Positions 1-8,759 of a stretch of 20,995 bases of DNA are shown here, in pieces. The notes below the pieces were generated by a model. The model was given only the letters and a program-made list of their open reading frames with translations. It did not search any database and had not been told where the DNA came from. A program made the position numbers and the translations under genes. The first letter of the stretch is position 1, and every line of letters starts with the position of its first letter. This DNA is from Macrostomum lignano. Its lineage: Eukaryota. The stretch spans positions 1 through 20,995 of the forward strand of contig NIVC01000336.1 of assembly GCA_002269645.1 (NCBI GenBank). Reading direction: 5' to 3'.

Positions 1-103
1 GAGCCGTGCAGAACCGGTGAGTCTTGGGTGGGTGAGTTTGGGGGGGGACTAAGCGATACGCTACGCTACCTCGCACTGTGCTGTGACATAATCCCACTCT
101 GAT

Positions 104-730
104 CACTACTCTACCCAAATCAATTCTAGTTTACTTAACTCCAATCTACTCTACTCTATTCTACTCTACTTTTCTCTACTCGACTCCACCTTACTAAAAA
201 TCTACTCTTTTTTAGAGGCAGGGGGGTTGTGTGCACCCTGGCGCACTTTAAGCGACATTGTCAACACAACCGGCGAGAGGCATTACTGCCATTCCGCTGA
301 CTCCCCTGAGCAGGCATACAAGCGCGCGGATACGTACGCAGGCACACACTCACACAGGAGTGTACAGCGGCCCTAACTTTATTTTATCGTTAGGCATGTA
401 CACTTCCCTGCCGCTTGGGGGGTTGGCTCTCAAGGCCGTTAATTGCACGAGCAGAGCAAGCCGAGATTCCAATTCAGCCCCAAATTAATGTGACTGCACT
501 TGGAATCGAGCCTGGGTCGCTGGCACACCAGAGCCTGCGCTAGACCGCTGGGCTGCGCCCCCTACTCTACTCTACGGATCTATTCTGCTCTACTCTACTC
601 CACTCTACTTCACTATACTCTACTCCACTTCTGCTCCTCTTTACTCTACTCTAACCCACTCCACTCTACTCTAAATTAATCTAGTCTACTCTACTCCGTT
701 CTACTCTACTCTACTCTACTCGGACTCTAC
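104..730. repeat. Degenerate (CTACT)n pentanucleotide tract, interrupted at ~209-561 by a probable SINE
   Basis: Seen directly: runs such as ctactctactctattctactctact at ~140-180 and ~562-730, with ctagt/ctatt/ccact variants. Edges are approximate. Confidence 0.9.
209..561 (-). mobile_element. Probable tRNA-derived SINE (~350 bp)
   Basis: The minus strand begins GGGGCGCAGCCCAGCGGTCTAGCGCAGGCTCTGGTGTGCCAGCGACCCAGGCTCGATTCC. It has an A-box-like CAGCCCAGCGG (+545-555) and a B-box-like GGCTCGATTCC (+502-512) at tRNA-like spacing, and ends in a short A tail (T run at +208-213). It is a GC-rich island within the CTACT tract. CTACTCT flanks both sides (202-208, 562-568), but this could simply be the host repeat. 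The tRNA stems are degenerate, so it is not a functional tRNA. Confidence 0.6.
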
Positions 731-1259
731 TTTATCAACAGTACAACGCCAACAACATTAACTAGTGACATTTCAGCTTATATCTGTCACGTGACGAGTC
801 TGATAAGCTAATCTTTATGCCTCCCACTACTACTCAAGCAAAGCCTCCACCCCCAGATAGGCACTGATACTCAATCATGAGAATTATGGATAGCTGATTG
901 TTAGTGACTCATAGCCCAACCCTTTTATAATCAGGTAAATTCATAACCGTTTCAATCAATTTAAAAGCTGGGTGCTGGGCTCAGAGAAAGAGAGAGACTG
1001 TAAACCGGCGCCTAATTAATTATTCATTAGGCTTTGAATGCCCATTGGAATGTCCAGGAGTGCAGAATTAGGAGTAGCTAAATACAATAGTATTCCTCTA
1101 AACCCCAAATTCAGCTTTACAATTTATACTGGGCAGATAAGGCGCGTTTCTGCGTTTATCTTGGCTACTCATACAGCTGAAGTTAGCACGCCTTCTGTTT
1201 GATGAATTTGATCACGCGTTTTTAGTAAAACCTAGTCTGAATACTAGTCTAGTCTAGTT

Positions 1260-1345
1260 AGGTCGAAGTGCAGTCCGGAAAAATTGCCAACGAGGAGCGA
1301 AGCGAGCGAAGCGAGCGTAGCTCCTCGTTGGCAATTTTTTCGGAC
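1260..1345 (+). repeat. 5' terminus: 13-bp subterminal IR plus 26-bp-stem hairpin
   Basis: IR at 1260-1272. Left arm GTCCGGAAAAATTGCCAACGAGGAGC (1273-1298) pairs with right arm GCTCCTCGTTGGCAATTTTTTCGGAC (1320-1345), with one G-T mismatch and a 21-nt loop. Confidence 0.85.
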
Positions 1346-1504
1346 AAACGAGACCGAGATAAGATGTCCCGGAGACTCCCCCAACGTAAAATCAACGTTT
1401 TAGAAAATAAAATTGATGCAGAGTTAAAACCACTTGAGATGAAACCATGTGTGACCCCTCTATGGACGTAAAACATTTAGGGCTACAAGATGTGTGACGT
1501 GAAA

Positions 1505-1539
1505 GTTCCATAGCAACGCGTCTTGGTTGCCATGGCAAC
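1505..1539. promoter_or_regulatory. RFX X-box-like palindrome(s)
   Basis: Perfect 14-bp palindrome GTTGCCATGGCAAC (1526-1539) and a related GTTCCATAGCAAC (1505-1517). Motif match only; no functional evidence. Confidence 0.35.
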
Positions 1540-1759
1540 AAAAAAAGTGACTTTTTTTAGACCCGTCCAAATCTTGAATCTCAAAAAATAAGGATTCACA
1601 ATATGGAGTCAAAAATTGATTGAACCCAACTTTTGGCGAATTTTCAGACCTTCAAGACACTGATTGGTTATTTTCCGCTAAATGCTTACCTTGATAGGTA
1701 ATTCTGTAAAAGTGTGTTTTTTAAGTGTCAAAAAATGCGCATTTTTATCAACTTTCAAC

Positions 1760-1807
1760 TGACGCAGCTCAAAGGTCGCGCGTCAGCGCGACCTTTGAGC
1801 TGCGTCA
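1760..1807. repeat. Perfect 22-bp-stem inverted repeat (4-nt loop)
   Basis: TGACGCAGCTCAAAGGTCGCGC (1760-1781), loop GTCA, GCGCGACCTTTGAGCTGCGTCA (1786-1807). Confidence 0.95.
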
Positions 1808-4800
1808 TTCTAACAATGGCACCTGGGACTCTTACATGACGCACGACTTTAACCAAGATACTCACTTTAACTGTACATTCGCACCTGTTAATTACATTCG
1901 AATATTCGACGGGTAGGTATTCGAACCGAAATAAAGGAAATTCAACCTTGTTGCGAGACTCTAAAAAGTACATGAATGCGGTCATTTAGGTAAGATCTAC
2001 ATGTTTATAATACATTTTTAGCCGTTTCGTTGCACTGACTCTGAGCCATACACTGCTAAAGTCGATAAACGTGATTTAGGCTATTTTTATGTATTTTTCA
2101 TGATACAAATGTACAAAAAATAAGAAACGACGACATGCTAGGAAAATCAGACTTTTTAGGCAAGGTGCACAACTAAATTGCGCACAATATGTATATTTTG
2201 AAATTTCGTCTTAGTTTATTGAAGTCGCTGCCGGTACAGAAATGTACTTTAACGACGGTACGGGGGCTTGCATATCGAACATACTTTTTAGCCTGTAACT
2301 TTTGAGCGGATTACCGGAGCGCGACGCGCTTGGTGTCATTGAACTACATTTTAGATGTACTTTAATTTGAATGTATGTTCGCTGTCATTGCACGATGCGT
2401 TGTACACCTCAGGTCAGGTCACGTGACTTGCTGGAAATGAAATAATGACTTTGTACCTATACTAAGGATAGGTGAAGCGTAAGAATGAACCAAAATTTGT
2501 ACTTATTAGAAACACCTAGATGACTACTGTCAGAAAAAATGATATTCACGTCTGTCAGTTGCAAAATTTTGTTATAATTGACTTTTAAAATCGAAAAACG
2601 TGATTTTGTGCAAAAACAACCTATATGAGCACACATAGGGTGAAAAATTTATTGATTTTCGCTATGAGGTTCTTAGCTTCCAAGAGCACTATTGTGCCCA
2701 GTAAAACGTACAGATGACTGCTATCTTCGTTAGTGTGCGAAAATTCGTATTTTTACGCTAATAACATTTACCGAATTACGAGGTTCCGGTGTTATGCGTT
2801 TTTTTGCTATATTTCACGCTGCCATTTATTAACGATGCTACGCCAGGCCTTCAGTGTGGTGTCAATAGTTAGCATTTAAAAAGTGCTTTAATTTGAGTGT
2901 ATGTTCGCTGGCATTGCACGATGCGTTGTACACCTCAGGCCAGGTCACGTGACTTGCTGGAAATGAAATAATGACTTTGTACCTATACTAAGGATAGGTG
3001 AAGCATAAGAATGACCCATATTAGTACTTATTAGAAACATCTAGATGAATACTCTCAGAAAAAGTGACATTCACGTCTGTCAGTTGCAAAAAAAATTTTT
3101 AATTGACTCTCAAAATCGAAAAACGTGATTTTGTGCAAAAACAACCCATTTGAGCACTACATAGGGCGGAAAATATATTAATTTTCGCTATGAGGTTCTT
3201 AGCTTCCAAGAGCACTATTGTGCCCAGTAAACACGTACAGATGACTGCCATCTTCGTTAGTGTGCGAAAATTCGTAGTTTGACGCTATTAACATTTTACC
3301 GAATTACGAGGTTCCGGTACTATGCGTTTTTTTGCTATATTTCACGCTGCCATTTATTAACTATCCTACGCCAGGCCTTCAGTGTAGTGTCAATAAATAG
3401 CATTTAGCAAGTGCTTTAAGATGACATCATGCGCATTGCGTTGCGTAAAAGTGTGGGTCCACAGTTTCGTAACAAGTTAAAATGACCTGATTTCGCAAAA
3501 ATCTTTAAAACAAAAAATACCAAATAGGTAACTAAAAAGCCTTTTGAAACTGAATAAAAAATGCACATAAAAGTGCTATTTTGTAACGTAAAAAGTCTTG
3601 CGTCCTGCAAAAATCTTCTATGGTGACTTTTTGGAGCCGTGAAGTGTAAAAACGTGCGCATTTTTAAAGCTGTTGAACTTACTTTTTGAGGTATATTTTG
3701 AAAATAGGCATTTTATAAATTGTATAACAAAATTTAATTGAAGAAAGCAATAAGGTAAAATAGAATTCGAAATTATTTAATTTTGAAATAATTAAACTGT
3801 ACATTTCAGTCGTTCTGTTCCTTATAATTTCTACAAAAATTTAAATTTAAATCGGTTATGTTAACAGTAGTTTATTGCTGTAGGACAAATTTGACCCCAA
3901 ATTTTCAAAGCAACTTATCTAAGCAAACGCTATCTAAATCTGAAATATTTTCAAGCTTCAATCTGTAGCTATAATATTCGGTTTTGTTACGCTATTTATT
4001 CGTATCCTACTACATTATATATAATTATTGTACAATATATTATATTCTACAAGTACAAGTTTTAATTGTAATATATTCAATTGTTATCAGTTTTACACTG
4101 TAAGTGTAAGCTTCAAATTTTATTTGAAATATAACTGAAGTATAGTACTTTAATATTATTTTATAGCTAATTAATTGTATTCTGCCAAATATTTACGTTT
4201 TTTTTCTCTGCTTTGCTTTTTGCTTTGAGCTGCGTCATTCTAACAATGGCACCTGGGACTCTTACATGACGCACGACTTTAACCAAGATACTCACTTTAA
4301 CTGTACATTCGCACCTGTTAATTACATTCGAATATTCGACGGGTAGGTATTCGAACCGAAATAAAGGAAATTCAACCTTGTTGCGAGACTCTAAAAAGTA
4401 CATGAATGCGGTCATTTAGGTAAGATCTACATGTTTATAATACATTTTGAGCCGTTTCGTTGCACTGACTCTGAGCCATACACTGCTAAAGTCGATAAAC
4501 GTGATTTAGGCTATTTTTATGTATTTTTCATGATACAAATGTACAAAAAATAAGAAACGACGACATGCTAGGAAAATCAGACTTTTTAGGCAAGGTGCAC
4601 AACTAAATTGCGCACAATATGTATATTTTGAAATTTCGTCTTAGTTTATTGAAGTCGCTGCCGGTACAGAAATGTACTTTAACGACGGTACGGGGGGCTT
4701 GCATATCGAACATACTTTTTAGCCTGTAACTTTTGAGCGGATTACCGGAGCGCGACGCGCTTGGTGTCATTGAACTACATTTTAGATGTACTTTAATTTG

Positions 4801-6656
4801 AATGTATGTTCGCTGTCATTGCACGATGCGTTGTACACCTCAGGTCAGGTCACGTGACTTGCTGGAAATGAAATAATGACTTTGTACCTATACTAAGGAT
4901 AGGTGAAGCGTAAGAATGAACCAAAATTTGTACTTATTAGAAACACCTAGATGACTACTGTCAGAAAAAATGATATTCACGTCTGTCAGTTGCAAAATTT
5001 TGTTATAATTGACTTTTAAAATCGAAAAACGTGATTTTGTGCAAAAACAACCTATATGAGCACACATAGGGTGAAAAATTTATTGATTTTCGCTATGAGG
5101 TTCTTAGCTTCCAAGAGCACTATTGTGCCCAGTAAACACGTACAGATGACTGCTATCTTCGTTAGTGTGCGAAAATTCGTATTTTTACGCTAATAACATT
5201 TACCGAATTACGAGGTTCCGGTGTTATGCGTTTTTTTGCTATATTTCACGCTGCCATTTATTAACGATGCTACGCCAGGCCTTCAGTGTGGTGTCAATAG
5301 TTAGCATTTAAAAAGTGCTTTAATTTGAGTGTATGTTCGCTGGCATTGCACGATGCGTTGTACACCTCAGGCCAGGTCACGTGACTTGCTGGAAATGAAA
5401 TAATGACTTTGTACCTATACTAAGGATAGGTGAAGCATAAGAATGACCCATATTAGTACTTATTAGAAACATCTAGATGAATACTCTCAGAAAAAGTGAC
5501 ATTCACGTCTGTCAGTTGCAAAAAAAATTTTTAATTGACTCTCAAAATCGAAAAACGTGATTTTGTGCAAAAACAACCCATTTGAGCACTACATAGGGCG
5601 GAAAATATATTAATTTTCGCTATGAGGTTCTTAGCTTCCAAGAGCACTATTGTGCCCAGTAAACACGTACAGATGACTGCCATCTTCGTTAGTGTGCGAA
5701 AATTCGTATTTTGACGCTATTAACATTTTACCGAATTACGAGGTTCCGGTACTATGCGTTTTTTTGCTATATTTCACGCTGCCATTTATTAACTATCCTA
5801 CGCCAGGCCTTCAGTGTAGTGTCAATAAATAGCATTTAGCAAGTGCTTTAAGATGACATCATGCGCATTGCGTTGCGTAAAAGTGTGGGTCCACAGTTTC
5901 GTAACAAGTTAAAATGACCTGATTTCGCAAAAATCTTTAAAACAAAAAATACCAAATAGGTAACTAAAAAGCCTTTTGAAACTGAATAAAAAATGCACAT
6001 AAAAGTGCTATTTTGTAACGTAAAAAGTCTTGCGTCCTGCAAAAATCTTCTATGGTGACTTTTTGGAGCCGTGAAGTGTAAAAACGTGCGCATTTTTAAA
6101 GCTGTTGAACTTACTTTTTGAGGTATATTTTGAAAATAGGCATTTTATAAATTGTATAACAAAATTTAATTGAAGAAAGCAATAAGGTAAAATAGAATTC
6201 GAAATTATTTAATTTTGAAATAATTAAACTGTACATTTCAGTCGTTCTGTTCCTTATAATTTCTACAAAAATTTAAATTTAAATCGGTTATGTTAACAGT
6301 AGTTTATTGCTGTAGGACAAATTTGACCCCAAATTTTCAAAGCAACTTATCTAAGCAAACGCTATCTAAATCTGAAATATTTTCAAGCTTCAATCTGTAG
6401 CTATAATATTCGGTTTTGTTACGCTATTTATTCGTATCCTACTACATTATATATAATTATTGTACAATATATTATATTCTACAAGTACAAGTTTTAATTG
6501 TAATATATTCAATTGTTATCAGTTTTACACTGTAAGTGTAAGCTTCAAATTTTATTTGAAATATAACTGAAGTATAGTACTTTAATATTATTTTATAGCT
6601 AATTAATTGTATTCTGCCAAATATTTACGTTTTTTTTCTCTGCTTTGCTTTTTGCT
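1793..6656. repeat. Tandem duplication of a ~2.43-kb unit (1793-4224 and 4223-6656)
   Basis: The sequence restarts at 4223 (ctttgagctgcgtcattc, the same as 1793). The offset is 2430, rising to 2432, and the track ORFs are duplicated (3416/5848). I found only four differences by eye (2019/4449 T/G, an extra G near 4696, an extra C near 5137, and G/T near 3277/5709). The junction has 2-bp CT microhomology. Confidence 0.97.
2360..3413. repeat. Older internal tandem dimer of ~527-bp units (2360-2885, 2886-3413); repeated at ~4791-5845
   Basis: Units start ctttaatttga(a/g)tgtatgttcgctg at 2360 and 2886, and the cttta start recurs at 3414. Roughly 90% identical by eye. Each unit carries the palindrome GTCACGTGAC (2418, 2944, 4849, 5376). 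Confidence 0.9.
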
Positions 6657-7344
6657 CCATATTTTTATAAATTATAGTCATATTTACATATATCTTTTAA
6701 AAGTACTCATCCTTTCACATTTTATTTTGTAGTTATCAGTCAAATTTAACTTGAATTTTCCTTTTGTTTGCATAATTTTGACTTAAGACTTTAGTTTTGA
6801 AGTAAGTATTCTTTTTATTTCTTCATATGTTTAGCATAGTACAAATATCTGTAGTACTCTGCTTAATGGTAGAAGTTTGTGGACACTTTTTATAAATTCT
6901 GCTCAATTTATTATAAATTTAGCATTTTTGCTAGACAATATATACATGCCAATGCTCCTTATATCAAGCAATGCTTGAAAGTGCTAGACACTTAGTTTAT
7001 GGTGAATTTTTACCAAGGGATGTTTTTTTGCTGATATAGAATTCCTAGAAGCATGTACAAAAACATGGAATATGCCTGAAAAAACTCTAGAAAATATGCA
7101 CTAAATCCAAGAAAAAATGTTGAAAGCACAAAAACTACATGGCACACACCGCCTATATGCCAGTATATTATGCTGCAGCATATTAATCCACAATCCAGTA
7201 GCAGTGCTAGTGTTCGTAGTTTAACTAAATTTGCCACCAGAAAAGAGTTGAGTTAACTTGGTAAAGAGTAGCATGTTTTCTGTGTTTAGCTAATTAGTTT
7301 CTTTATCATTCTGAAATATTTACTAACATGTTTATTTAGACAGG

Positions 7345-7423
7345 ATGGGCAACGACAAAAACAGCATCAAGGACAACACTAGCATTAACAAGGATACAAG
7401 TGCTTCTTCTGTTGCTGCCAATA
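7345..7423 (+). CDS. Predicted coding exon 1 of the RepHel gene (MGNDKNSIKDNTSINKDTSASSVAAN + 1 nt)
   Basis: Preceded by a TACTAAC branch point (7321-7327) and acceptor CAG (7341-7343), implying an upstream 5'-UTR exon. ATG at 7345; GTAAGT donor at 7424, phase 1, matching the next exon. Confidence 0.7.
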
Positions 7424-7737
7424 GTAAGTTTTGTACATTTGTTGCAACTTGCAGGTGATAGGTGCTACTTTCAGGAATAGTTTCAAAGCAATCCTACCTT
7501 TATTATTAATATTCACACCTTAGGAAACCAGCTTTTACTAGCATTCTTGGCTGCCCATTTGGGCAACAGACAAACTAAAAAGTTCCTGCACTACACAATT
7601 TATTTACCAAACAATAAATCTCAATTGTTCACACTATAACTCACACTGAATAGTTCACAGGTAATTCTGTAAAAAAGTGTTTTTCAGATGTCTAAAAATG
7701 TGAATTTTTCAAACTCTTAACTGACGCAGCTCAAATC

Positions 7738-7921
7738 AATAGTTCACACTCAATAGTTTAGATTGAATAGTTTCGCCTGAATAGTTTTGACAGACAGAAT
7801 AATTTCAACTGAATAGTTACAACTGAATAGTTTAGACTTAATAATCTTGACTGAGTAGTTTTGACTGAATAGTGTGAACTCAATAGTTTCGACTGAGTAG
7901 TTTCGACTGAATAGTTTCGAC
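7738..7921. repeat. 14-bp minisatellite, consensus GACTGAATAGTTTC
   Basis: About 13 degenerate units, e.g. gactgagtagtttc gactgaatagtttc at ~7891-7918, with outlying copies at ~7646-7658. It lies inside the nested Helitron. Confidence 0.85.
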
Positions 7922-8138
7922 AAAGGGAATAAATTCAATTGGAATCTGACCTTGTTTGACAGATCATTAAAATAATTATAGAAACTCTATTTTCGAATGT
8001 TTAACACCCTTAGAATTTGAGCAGATTTAAGAAATTTTGACCACTGTATAATCAGTGCAAAATCTGCAATAGTTTAGAAAAAACGCTATCAAAATTGATC
8101 AAGAATGGCACGCTCTAGAGCGAAATAGATGGACAGAC

Positions 8139-8161
8139 ATATATATATATATATATATATA
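8139..8161. repeat. (AT)n microsatellite near the 5' end of the nested Helitron
   Basis: (AT)11 plus A, seen directly. Confidence 0.95.
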
Positions 8162-8202
8162 GGTAGATTTATAAATTTCTTTTTTACTGTGACTTTAAAC
8201 AG

Positions 8203-8574
8203 GTGCGAAAAAGTGCGGACGGCCGAAGAAGAAAAACTGGAGCCGCTCCAAGAATAATATTAAAGTTGCTGCTGTCGGTGATTTAACTGCTGGCGAAGAA
8301 CAGATTCAAGAGCCAGATGTACAACCGGAAGCTGCTGCTGCCTCTTCTATTGCCGCTGCTGGGACTAAAGCTGGTGCTTCTGCTGATGCTGCTGCTAAAA
8401 CTGAGTCTGTGATTAAGCTGGACGAGGCTGGTCTGGCTGCCCTGCTAGCTGAACATGATGCTGCTCTGGCCGACGCTCTGGCTGCTTCGGAATACCCCGT
8501 GGTCGAAGGTGATGCTGAAGTGCCCAATTCTGGTGCTGCTTACAATGAGCAACTTATAGGCTACTTGAGTGCTG
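8203..8574 (+). CDS. Predicted coding exon 2 of the RepHel gene (AT-hook-like KKCGRPKKK, Ala/Glu-rich stretch, UIM-like EHDAALADALAASEY)
   Basis: T-rich tract and CAG acceptor (AG 8201-8202); 372 nt stop-free in the frame of track ORF 8409..8597; G|GTGAGA donor at 8575. Phase 1 at both ends, matching exons 1 and 3. Confidence 0.8.
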
Positions 8575-8759
8575 GTGAGAGTTTTATTTTTTATTGAATT
8601 TCTATGCATAGTACAAGTTAATTTTCTTTCTTACATCTGACTTTGCTTGCGAATATTGAAAATTAGATTTTAGTGTTTACGACTTGTGCAAAATACAATT
8701 AATGCTCAATTCCTTAAAATTATCATACCTCACTGTTTAAGAGTTGTATTCTTTTACAG

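Larger units (their letters stand above)
7538..8167 (-). mobile_element. Non-autonomous canonical Helitron (HLE1), 630 bp, nested antisense in intron 1
   Basis: The minus strand starts A|TCTACCTATATATA...ATGTCTGTCC (TC at 8167-8166) and ends GTTGCCC-AAAT-GGGCAGC (hairpin, +7550-7567), then 8 nt, then CTAG|T (+7538-7541). Removing it restores an A|T site (A7537/T8168). These are the established Helitron 5'-TC, 3'-hairpin-CTRR and AT-target signatures. Confidence 0.75.

Noticed and set aside
1-40. Possible exon end with G|GTGAGT donors at 17 and 32
   Set aside because: Too little upstream sequence to show an exon; a 6-mer match alone is weak.
490-561. tRNA gene on the minus strand
   Set aside because: The acceptor and T stems do not pair properly and the sequence continues into a 280-bp body, so it is better explained as a SINE head.
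258-7237. Short ORFs of 60-82 aa (258, 1258, 1268, 1725, 1755, 3416, 4167, 5848, 7010)
   Set aside because: No recognisable motifs. Several run through hairpins or repeats, or are duplicated only because of the tandem duplication.
8744-8759. TTG start of the 2014-aa ORF
   Set aside because: Eukaryotic context; these bases form the pyrimidine tract and AG acceptor of an intron whose phase matches the upstream exon.
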